Shown: in pieces, positions 33,647 through 41,140 of the stretch
How positions within the stretch are numbered: the stretch's first letter is position 1
Layout of the letters: every line of letters begins with the position of its first letter
Source: an uncultured Gammaproteobacteria bacterium
GTDB taxonomy: Bacteria; Patescibacteriota; Patescibacteriia; UBA9934; GWF2-40-263
Reading direction: 5' to 3'
DNA: 60,909 nucleotides
Assembly (NCBI GenBank): GCA_964538435.1
Contig: CAZIDX010000008.1
Coordinates: forward strand, 1-60,909
Translations under genes and position numbers: made by a program
The notes under the pieces: generated by a model
What the model was told of the DNA's origin: nothing
The model's input: only the letters and a program-made list of their open reading frames with translations
The model's database searches: none

Positions 33647-34240
33647 ATGACGCTGACCAAAGACCAACAGGAGCTCATGAATCGGCTCGGGGAGCTGGTT
33701 CCTTGGGGCATGATCGACACAAGGCAGGTCCTTTGTGGGGTGAGTGGCAGAAAATCTCCGAGGAAACCCTCAACCAGACCCCAGAGAAGAAGTAGGGTCA
33801 AGCGCGATATCTCGGTTCCGCCTGAGCTCGCCTGCCTGCCATACGAGTTCGGTCTCAGTGCTGAGATTCGACCGCAGGATCAGATCTCGGGTCGATATCA
33901 AGGTAATCCAGAGCTGAGCATTGATCTCATAAAACTCGTAAAAGCTCCGCCACACAACGTGCCTGCGAAAAAACGACATCTTGAGAACTGGAAAGAAGAG
34001 CTTGAGGACAAGCCTGTTCTCACGGTGCAGGTGCTCAGTCATCTTCTGAGGAATACCAGACTCGTCACTGAGCAATGGGGGAGATTCTCAGTGTTCTTCT
34101 GGGGAACAATAAGCCGCAGCTCAAGAAACAGTCTTTATGTGCCCTACATTCATTTCAGTAGTGGAAAATTGTATGTGGGCATGTACTGGACTCAGGGGTT
34201 CTTTGGAAAAAATTTCTATGCAGCTGTCCTGGCTGCCTGA
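33647..34240 (+). CDS. Hypothetical 197-aa protein
   Basis: AAAGGTGG SD precedes the ATG, after a roughly 120-nt leader. I recognise no domain. Confidence 0.45.
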   Translation: MTLTKDQQELMNRLGELVPWGMIDTRQVLCGVSGRKSPRKPSTRPQRRSRVKRDISVPPELACLPYEFGLSAEIRPQDQISGRYQGNPELSIDLIKLVKAPPHNVPAKKRHLENWKEELEDKPVLTVQVLSHLLRNTRLVTEQWGRFSVFFWGTISRSSRNSLYVPYIHFSSGKLYVGMYWTQGFFGKNFYAAVLAA

Positions 34241-34325
34241 GATTCCCGCTCAAGCACTCTTCCTGCGACCTAACGCAACAGGTCTGCAGCGAGGAGTGCT
34301 TTTTCAGTTCCTGCATCATGGACAT

Positions 34326-34491
34326 GGGGCCGGGTCGTTACATGTAGCATTTGAACAATTTTCAGTGAAAAACATAGATATTTTTTCGAAGCTCATTGTC
34401 ATCGAATAAGATGATAACAGAATTTCATAGAAATTTAACAATCCAAAAGATGAATTCAATCTACCCATGCTACATGTAACGACCCGGCCCC
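34326..34491. repeat. MITE-/inverton-like element with perfect 25-bp inverted repeats flanking a 116-bp AT-rich core
   Basis: 34326-34350 ggggccgggtcgttacatgtagcat is the exact reverse complement of 34467-34491. The core contains TTGAAC-17-ATAGAT (34351-34379). Confidence 0.7.
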
Positions 34492-34526
34492 TCTCTGTAC
34501 GACCCGGCCCCTCTCCGGCCCCTCTC
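34479..34526 (+). repeat. Direct repeats acgacccggcccctctc x2 plus a partial cggcccctctc
   Basis: Copies at 34479-34495, 34499-34515 and 34516-34526. The first copy overlaps the right inverted repeat. Confidence 0.75.
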
Positions 34527-34550
34527 GATCTCTCTCTTCATCGAGAATGA

Positions 34551-34579
34551 TTGACTAAATTCCTAATTTTAGCTAAACT
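34551..34579 (+). promoter_or_regulatory. Promoter of infB
   Basis: TTGACT (34551-56), 17 nt spacer, TAAACT (34574-79). The track's TTG start at 34551 is this -35 box. Confidence 0.6.
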
Positions 34580-34607
34580 CGCCAGCGTATATACCTATTT
34601 TTTGCCT

Positions 34608-36647
34608 ATGAACATTACCGAACTTGCGCGTCGTCTTAGAGCCAACCCTGAAGAGCTGCGGGAAAAACTCCCAGCGCTCGGATTTAGCGTTGGAAAAAAG
34701 GCGCTAAAAATTGATAATCGCCAGGCTCAGAAGATCATGAATGCCTGGAGCGAAATGAAGCGCAAGGAGCGGCTTGCAGAAAAAGTTGAGCGCCAAAAAG
34801 CGCGTGCAGAAGCAAAAGAGAACCGCGATCCATCAACACTCAAGCCAATCTCGGTACCGGCTGTTATTACGGTCCGAGACTTTGCCTCAAAGCTTGAGAT
34901 TCCAGTTCCTCGTCTCATGCAAGAGCTCATGCAAAACGGAATCCTCGCTTCTATCAACCAGCGCATCGACTTTGATACAGCAGCGATCATTGCAGAAGAT
35001 ATAGGTTTCCGCGCAGAGCTTGAGGGTGAGGAGGGTTCAGAAGAAGATGTGCAGGGGCTAGAGAAGATCAAGAGCAGCATTGAAAACGAAGACGCTGAGA
35101 AGCTTCTCGAGCGCGCGCCAGTCGTTGTGGTGATGGGGCACGTAGATCATGGAAAAACAAAACTCCTCGACGCAATCCGCTCAACAAATGTTGTTGACAC
35201 AGAGGCAGGTGGAATCACGCAGCATATCGGTGCGTACCAGGTTGAACGCAAGGGGCGTCAGCTTACATTTATTGACACACCAGGACACGAGGCTTTTACC
35301 GTGATGCGTTCTCGCGGTGCAAAGGTCGCTGACATTGCTATCTTGGTGGTGGCCGTTGATGACGGTGTGCAACCACAGACAAAGGAGGCGATCAACATTA
35401 TCAAATCAGCAAACCTTCCGTTCATTGTTGCGCTCAACAAGATCGACCGAGAGCAAGCCAACATTGACCGCGTAAAGGGAGAGCTTGCAGAGCATGATCT
35501 TACAGCAGAAGACTGGGGCGGAAAGACCGTCATGGTGCCGATCAGTGCCAAGCAGGGAACCAACATTGATGATCTGCTCGACATGCTTTTGCTTGTCGAA
35601 GACATGGAAAAGGAAAACATTGTTGCAAATCCAGACAGGCGTGCAATTGGAACCGTGATCGAATCAAACATGAACCCTGGTTCTGGTCCTGTGGCAACTG
35701 TACTTGTCCAAAGTGGAACCCTCAAAGTAGGGGACCCACTCGGTGTGCGTGGATCACTTTACGGGCGTGTGCGCGCGATGAAGAACTGGAAAGGAGAGGA
35801 AATCAAAGAAGCCCCTCCTTCAACTCCAGCCAAGATTATTGGGTGGAAACTTGCACCAGCAGTTGGTGACATCATGGAGATTCCTGAAAACGCAAAAGAC
35901 CTGGATCGCATCAAATCAACAGACACCTCTCGCAAAGCCACAGAAGAACTTGCATCAATCAAGTACAGCGCTCCTGAATCAGAGGGGTCTGAAGAGTCTG
36001 ACGCAAAGAAAGAAATCGTCAATCTCATCATTCGATGTGATGTGCTCGGCTCCCTTGAAGCAATCCTTGGAATGCTCGACAAGATCAAGCACGACGATGT
36101 CGGAGTGAAGGTGATTCAAAAAGGACTTGGAAACATCACAGACGGAGACGTAAACACAGCAGAAGCATCAAACGCCATTCTGGTTGGATTCAACGTCCAA
36201 ACAACAGGAACCGCAGAAGAGCTTGCGCGAGACAAAGAAGTTGATGTGCGCGAGTACAAGATCATTTACAAATTATTCGAAGATGTGCTCGCAGAGCTTG
36301 AAAAGCGATTGCCATCTGAGATGATCCTCACAGAGCAAGGTCAATTCGAGGTGCTCAAGAACTTCAAGAAGACAGACAATGGTTGGATCATTGGTGGTCG
36401 TGTGAAAGGCGACAAGATCAGACCAAAAGCCAAGCTTCGCCTCTCTCGAAACGGCGAATATGTTGGAGAAGGAGAGATCCTCTCCATCCAACTCGGAAAG
36501 TCTGAGCTAAAGGAAGGTCAAGTTGGGCAAGAGTGTGGAATCATGTACAAAGGAAAGGTGAAGCCAGAAGAAGGGGATGTGCTCGAGGCTTACACAGAAG
36601 AACGCAAGGCAAAAGCTTTCAGCATCGAAGGAATCAACCTGCGCTAA
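34608..36647 (+). CDS. infB: Translation initiation factor IF-2
   Basis: ATG at 34608 (MNITELARRL). GTPase motifs GHVDHGKT, DTPGH and NKID. C-terminal domains follow. Confidence 0.95.
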   Translation: MNITELARRLRANPEELREKLPALGFSVGKKALKIDNRQAQKIMNAWSEMKRKERLAEKVERQKARAEAKENRDPSTLKPISVPAVITVRDFASKLEIPVPRLMQELMQNGILASINQRIDFDTAAIIAEDIGFRAELEGEEGSEEDVQGLEKIKSSIENEDAEKLLERAPVVVVMGHVDHGKTKLLDAIRSTNVVDTEAGGITQHIGAYQVERKGRQLTFIDTPGHEAFTVMRSRGAKVADIAILVVAVDDGVQPQTKEAINIIKSANLPFIVALNKIDREQANIDRVKGELAEHDLTAEDWGGKTVMVPISAKQGTNIDDLLDMLLLVEDMEKENIVANPDRRAIGTVIESNMNPGSGPVATVLVQSGTLKVGDPLGVRGSLYGRVRAMKNWKGEEIKEAPPSTPAKIIGWKLAPAVGDIMEIPENAKDLDRIKSTDTSRKATEELASIKYSAPESEGSEESDAKKEIVNLIIRCDVLGSLEAILGMLDKIKHDDVGVKVIQKGLGNITDGDVNTAEASNAILVGFNVQTTGTAEELARDKEVDVREYKIIYKLFEDVLAELEKRLPSEMILTEQGQFEVLKNFKKTDNGWIIGGRVKGDKIRPKAKLRLSRNGEYVGEGEILSIQLGKSELKEGQVGQECGIMYKGKVKPEEGDVLEAYTEERKAKAFSIEGINLR

Positions 36648-36655
36648 CAATAGTC

Positions 36656-36693
36656 AAAAAACACCGCTACACATTTCAAGGGCGGTGTTTTTG
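36656..36693 (+). terminator. Intrinsic terminator after infB
   Basis: Stem acaccgc / gcggtgt with a 14-nt loop, followed by ttttt. Confidence 0.55.
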
Positions 36694-36763
36694 CTTGGGT
36701 CAGTGGGAAAATAGGTGTACAATCTTGGGGCAATAATATTTCTAATATCTTTTTGAAAAACCT

Positions 36764-37081
36764 ATGTCAGAACAAACATTTACACAGGACAATTTCGATG
36801 CAGCCGTACTCCAGGCAGAAAAGCCAGTACTCGTAGACTTCTGGGCACCATGGTGCGGTCCGTGCAAAATGATGTCTCCTATTATTGAAGAGCTTGCTGG
36901 TGAAATGGAGGAGGTTGTCATTGGAAAAGTAAACGTAGACGAGAATGCAGACATTGCGCAGCGCTACAACATCCTCTCAATCCCAACCTTCATTGTGTTT
37001 AAAGGCGGGCAGGTTGTTGAGCAGTTTTCAGGCGCCATGAACAAAGAACAGCTAAAAGAAAAGCTCCAAAAGCACATCTAG
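36764..37081 (+). CDS. trxA: Thioredoxin
   Basis: Active site WAPWCGPCK. 105 aa. Confidence 0.9.
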   Translation: MSEQTFTQDNFDAAVLQAEKPVLVDFWAPWCGPCKMMSPIIEELAGEMEEVVIGKVNVDENADIAQRYNILSIPTFIVFKGGQVVEQFSGAMNKEQLKEKLQKHI

Positions 37082-37085
37082 AGCT

Positions 37086-38024
37086 ATGAGTGTTGAGAAT
37101 GTAATCATCATTGGATCAGGTCCTGCTGGGCACACAGCAGCCATCTACACAGCCCGCGCTGAGCTAAAGCCGCTTCAGTTTGAGGGGCTTCAGCTTGGTG
37201 GTCAGCCAGGCGGTCAGCTCATGCTCACCACAGAAGTAGAAAACTACCCAGGTTTCCCAGAGGGCAAAGAAGGTCCAGAGCTCATGCAGCTTTTCAAAAA
37301 ACAGTCAGAGCGATTTGGAACCCGTGTTGTCTCAGCTGATGTCACAAAAGTAGATTTCTCTGCGCAACCACTCAAGGTTTGGGCAGGAGAGGATGAGTAT
37401 CAGACAAAGTCTGTGATCATCACAACCGGAGCGCAGGCGATGTGGATTGGTGTGCCAGGTGAGGTTGAGTATCAAGGCAAAGGCGTATCAGCATGTGCGA
37501 CCTGCGACGGATTCTTCTTCCGCGACAAAGAGATTGTGATCGTGGGCGGGGGAGATTCAGCAATGGAAGAAGCAAACTTCCTCACGCGCTTTGCAAAGAA
37601 AGTGACTGTGATGCATCGTCGCGATGAACTCCGTGCATCAAAGATTATGCAGCAGCGCGCATTCGACAACCCAAAGATCGAGTTCGCCTGGAACACAGAG
37701 GTAAAAGAAGTTCTTGGAGACGGAGACAAGATCACAGCTCTGCGCGTCTACAACAACAAAACAGAAGAGACCAGCGAGTTCCCAACTGAAGGACTCTTTG
37801 TTGCAATCGGTCACAAACCAAACACAAAGATCTTTGATGGGCAGCTCGACCTCGATGAAAAAGGCTACATCGTCACCACGCCTGGGACCAGCAAGACAAG
37901 CGTAGAAGGCGTGTTTGCCGGCGGAGATGTAGCAGATCACGTGTATCGCCAAGCCATCACTGCAGCAGGAACAGGCTGCATGGCCGCCCTCGACGCCGAA
38001 CGCTACCTTTCGGCAAACGAATAA
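37086..38024 (+). CDS. trxB: Thioredoxin-disulfide reductase
   Basis: GSGPAG FAD motif, redox-active CATCDG and GGGDSAMEEA NADPH motif. Confidence 0.95.
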   Translation: MSVENVIIIGSGPAGHTAAIYTARAELKPLQFEGLQLGGQPGGQLMLTTEVENYPGFPEGKEGPELMQLFKKQSERFGTRVVSADVTKVDFSAQPLKVWAGEDEYQTKSVIITTGAQAMWIGVPGEVEYQGKGVSACATCDGFFFRDKEIVIVGGGDSAMEEANFLTRFAKKVTVMHRRDELRASKIMQQRAFDNPKIEFAWNTEVKEVLGDGDKITALRVYNNKTEETSEFPTEGLFVAIGHKPNTKIFDGQLDLDEKGYIVTTPGTSKTSVEGVFAGGDVADHVYRQAITAAGTGCMAALDAERYLSANE

Positions 38025-38091
38025 CAACAACCCCGACGTTTTAGTCAGGGTCCCGACACCCTGGGTCGTCGGGGCTACCACCTACTCGCCT

Positions 38092-39312
38092 ATGAACAAC
38101 CCATTTGAAAACGCAATCACGCAGCTTGAGCGTGCAACATCGCTTACAGAGTTTGATAAAGATTTCCTTGAGCAGATTCGTCATGCAAACCGAGAGGTGC
38201 GCGTGAACATTCCTATAAAGATGGATGATGGATCACTCCGTGTCTTTGAGGGGTATCGCGTTCAGTTCAACAACGCGCGCGGTCCATACAAAGGAGGGAT
38301 TCGTTTTCACCAGGACACAGACATTCACGAGGTGAAGGCTCTAGCGTTCTGGATGGCGCTTAAATGTGCGGTGGCAAACATCCCAATGGGTGGAGGTAAG
38401 GGTGGTGTCACAGTAAACCCAAAGGAGCTCTCAATCGGCGAGATCGAGAGTCTTTCACGTGGGTGGATGGCCGCAATGTCAGATGTCGTTGGGCCTCAGC
38501 AGGACGTTCCAGCACCCGACGTAAACACCACACCGCAGATCATGGCCTGGATGGCAGATGAGTATGAAAAGATCACTGGAGATGACTCAGGAGCAGTAAT
38601 CACAGGAAAGCCTTTGGAAAACGGTGGATCAGAAGGCCGCGGCTCAGCAACAGCGCAGGGTGGTTTCTATGTATTCAACGCGCTCCGCACACGACTCGGG
38701 CTTCCAGAGAAATGTTCAGTCGTAGTACAAGGTTTCGGAAACGCAGGTCAGCACGCAGCCAGGCTCTGGGCCGAGGCAGGTCACAAAGTGATCGCAGTCT
38801 CAGACTCGCGAGCAGCTGTCATGAATCCAGAAGGTCTCGATGTGCAAGCGCTCATCAATCACAAAACCAAGACCCGATCAGTGGGCGACTTCGAAGGCGC
38901 AGAGAGTCTCGATCCAAACGAGCTCCTCTTCCAGGAGTGCGACCTGCTTATCCCAGCCGCGCTGGAAAATCAGATCCATAAAGACAATGCAGAAAAAGTG
39001 AGTGCAAAGGCTGTGCTCGAGCTCGCAAACGGACCAACCACACCAGCAGCAGACGACGAACTCTTTGAGCGAGGAATCCTAGTTGTACCAGACATTCTCG
39101 CAAACGCCGGTGGAGTAACAGTCTCAACCTTTGAGTGGGAGCAAAACGTCAAAGGTGAACACTGGACCGAAGAAGAAGTATTCGAAAAGCTCAAAAAGAT
39201 CATGGAGCTAGAAGCCGGCATGATCGCAGATGAGGCAGAAGAGCTCGGAGCTGACCTTCGCCGCGCCGCATTCGTGATCGCACTGCGCAGACTCCAAGAA
39301 GCAATGAAATAG
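38092..39312 (+). CDS. gdhA: Glutamate dehydrogenase (Glu/Leu/Phe/Val dehydrogenase family)
   Basis: YKGGIRFH, catalytic-Lys region PMGGGKGG, and Rossmann motif VQGFGNAG. Confidence 0.9.
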   Translation: MNNPFENAITQLERATSLTEFDKDFLEQIRHANREVRVNIPIKMDDGSLRVFEGYRVQFNNARGPYKGGIRFHQDTDIHEVKALAFWMALKCAVANIPMGGGKGGVTVNPKELSIGEIESLSRGWMAAMSDVVGPQQDVPAPDVNTTPQIMAWMADEYEKITGDDSGAVITGKPLENGGSEGRGSATAQGGFYVFNALRTRLGLPEKCSVVVQGFGNAGQHAARLWAEAGHKVIAVSDSRAAVMNPEGLDVQALINHKTKTRSVGDFEGAESLDPNELLFQECDLLIPAALENQIHKDNAEKVSAKAVLELANGPTTPAADDELFERGILVVPDILANAGGVTVSTFEWEQNVKGEHWTEEEVFEKLKKIMELEAGMIADEAEELGADLRRAAFVIALRRLQEAMK

Positions 39313-39367
39313 AAAGCAAAAGAGGTCCTCATGGGTCTCTTTTTGATTTACAATAAGAAAACGCCCT

Positions 39368-40252
39368 CTACGAGGACGTGCCAGGCAAAGCTTGAGCGCG
39401 TTCTTCTGCTCTCGCTCGCAGCCATCGAACAAGGTCGTTTGTCCATTTTCGTTGGTGAGTCTGGTGAGGAACTTGATGGAACCCTTGGCTTTTTGTGCCA
39501 ACAAGCGCGAGTAGTGGATGCCAGTCCAGCTCATACTCACGGTTGATGTCTCTTGTGCCATAAGCGATACGACTCCAGTCTTTTTGGCATTGAGGAGGAG
39601 TATCTTCCTTGATCTGCTTGGAGCTGATATACCAATGACTCCGTCGTCCAAGAAGAGATTTGACACTGACGCAAACACCTTCGGTTCCGTCCAAGAGGTG
39701 TGCAAACAGATCCACTCCCCACAAAACATCTTCTTGCACAGTTGGGGTGTACACCGAAAGCTCGTTGTGCTTTGCAAGATCAACAAGTGTATTCGAGGCA
39801 GCATGTGCCCCAGAAAGTGTGTTGATCCACAGTTTTCTGTGCTTTCGCTTGTTGAAAAGCCTGATCAGACGCTCTCGGTCATTCCGATTGATGCCCACAA
39901 GCGCCAAGGTGAGGCGGTGCTGGGTCATTGAACCAACAATGGCTATCACGCGGCGCTGATCTCGCTTGGGCAGTTGCCGGTACACCCCAAACAGGATCAG
40001 GGCTTCCAGCATCCACACTTCTTTGTCCAAGAAATGGTCGCGAACATGTGCCAGCTCGCTCTCCAAGATCTGCTCGAACATCGAAGTGATTACAGTGATC
40101 GGAACATGCTCACGATAATTTGGGATCACAGGGATCGGCTGTCGCGTCCGCGCAATGATATATGCAAGCGCGTAGAACTCAGGACTGAAGCCTCGGATCG
40201 TGAATGTGCTCAGGTCGATCTTTTCATGAGTGGCAAGAAACGACTCAGACAA
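39368..40252 (-). CDS. Hypothetical 294-aa protein
   Basis: TTG start at 40252 is preceded by AAGGAGG. Promoter at 40291-40319. The 3' flank contains gttttcttattg. I recognise no domain. Confidence 0.5.
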   Translation of the reverse strand: MSESFLATHEKIDLSTFTIRGFSPEFYALAYIIARTRQPIPVIPNYREHVPITVITSMFEQILESELAHVRDHFLDKEVWMLEALILFGVYRQLPKRDQRRVIAIVGSMTQHRLTLALVGINRNDRERLIRLFNKRKHRKLWINTLSGAHAASNTLVDLAKHNELSVYTPTVQEDVLWGVDLFAHLLDGTEGVCVSVKSLLGRRSHWYISSKQIKEDTPPQCQKDWSRIAYGTRDINREYELDWHPLLALVGTKSQGFHQVPHQTHQRKWTNDLVRWLRARAEERAQALPGTSS

Positions 40253-40290
40253 GCGTCCTCCTTATTCTCAGGCTATAGGGCCAGGCAAGG

Positions 40291-40319
40291 ACATTAAGCA
40301 AAACCTGGGGTTTTGTCAA
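40291..40319 (-). promoter_or_regulatory. Promoter of the 39368..40252 gene
   Basis: On the minus strand: TTGACA (40319-14), 17 nt spacer, TAATGT (40296-91). Confidence 0.55.
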
Positions 40320-40391
40320 TGTTGCAGGTAATATTTCGCTTCTTTTCATCCTAGTTTAGGCATATATGCGTCGATCGTCGCATAGGCGCCT

Positions 40392-40422
40392 AAACAGAAA
40401 AGACGGCAGCTTTCGCTAACCG
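40392..40422. repeat. 31-nt direct repeat, copy 1 (terminator-like on the minus strand)
   Basis: aaacagaaaagacggcagctttcgctaaccg is identical to 40794-40824. Read on the minus strand it is a hairpin plus ttttctgttt. Confidence 0.85.
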
Positions 40423-40448
40423 CCTCGTGTCGTTATGGGCAGCAGGAT

Positions 40449-40694
40449 CTACCAGTAGTCGCGCCTTCCGCGCGGGAAGCCGATCCGGCCGCTCTTGGAC
40501 TTGCTGCCGCCGCTCGATCTCGAGCGCTGGCTGTCACGCGCCGCGACTGCGCGCGCCGCACGGGCGACATCCGAGGTCACGAGGTAGCCCTCCGAATTCC
40601 TGACCGTACCATCGCTGTAGACCTTCAGCGGTTGGGTGTGGCCGTGTCCAGTGGGGGTGCGTACGCGCGTGGGGCAAACAGTGCGATAACCCAT
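40449..40694 (-). CDS. Small (81-aa) basic protein with Arg/Ser/Gly-rich tail
   Basis: ATG at 40694 is preceded by GGGAGGA and lies downstream of the promoter at 40762-40790. Sequence: MGYRTVCPTRVRTPTGHGHTQPLKVYSDGTVRNSEGYLV...SGRIGFPRGRRDYW. Confidence 0.4.
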   Translation of the reverse strand: MGYRTVCPTRVRTPTGHGHTQPLKVYSDGTVRNSEGYLVTSDVARAARAVAARDSQRSRSSGGSKSKSGRIGFPRGRRDYW

Positions 40695-40761
40695 CTTGGG
40701 TATCCTCCCTGGTCCTATCCTTGGACCATGTTGCGGAGACGAGGGTCTCCCAGGCTCAAGC

Positions 40762-40790
40762 ATCTTGCTTAAAAGAAGATGAAATGTCAA
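40762..40790 (-). promoter_or_regulatory. Promoter of the 40449..40694 gene
   Basis: On the minus strand: TTGACA (40790-85), 17 nt spacer, CAAGAT (40767-62). Confidence 0.5.
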
Positions 40791-40793
40791 CCC

Positions 40794-40824
40794 AAACAGA
40801 AAAGACGGCAGCTTTCGCTAACCG
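40794..40824. repeat. 31-nt direct repeat, copy 2
   Basis: Identical to 40392-40422. It lies just 3' of the 40834..41058 ORF on the minus strand. Confidence 0.85.
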
Positions 40825-40833
40825 TCCGTTGAC

Positions 40834-41058
40834 TTACGCCCGAAGCGTTACCAGACCTCTTGGCTCGAGCCAAAGCTTGGTCACGATCAGGTAGTTGAAC
40901 ACGCCCCAGGATGCACCGATCAGCGATCCGACCAGCACACCTATTGCCCCGCCGCCCATGAAGTGAACGATGCCAGCACCAATCGCTGCATCCACACTAC
41001 AGATCAGTCGTGCATCCGAGTGGATGCCCAGGAAGAGTGAGACTATGAAGACCTTCAC
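40834..41058 (-). CDS. Small hydrophobic glycine-zipper-like membrane peptide (start uncertain)
   Basis: GTG start with a weak SD. The sequence contains AAIGAGIVHFMGGGAIGVLVGSLIGASWG. It is divergent from leuS and sits behind ATTCTTGACAAAA. Confidence 0.3.
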   Translation of the reverse strand: MKVFIVSLFLGIHSDARLICSVDAAIGAGIVHFMGGGAIGVLVGSLIGASWGVFNYLIVTKLWLEPRGLVTLRA

Positions 41059-41140
41059 GAACTTCCCAGCAACCAGTCCAAGAAAAGGTGTTTTGTCAAG
41101 AATTGGCTAATCCTCACCCATTTGATACGATACGTCGCGT

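Noticed and set aside
34137-34409. 90-aa ORF overlapping the left inverted repeat of the MITE-like element.
   Set aside because: It has no SD. It spans the end of the 33647 gene region, the GC-rich repeat arm and the AT-rich core. It is best explained as a chance ORF.
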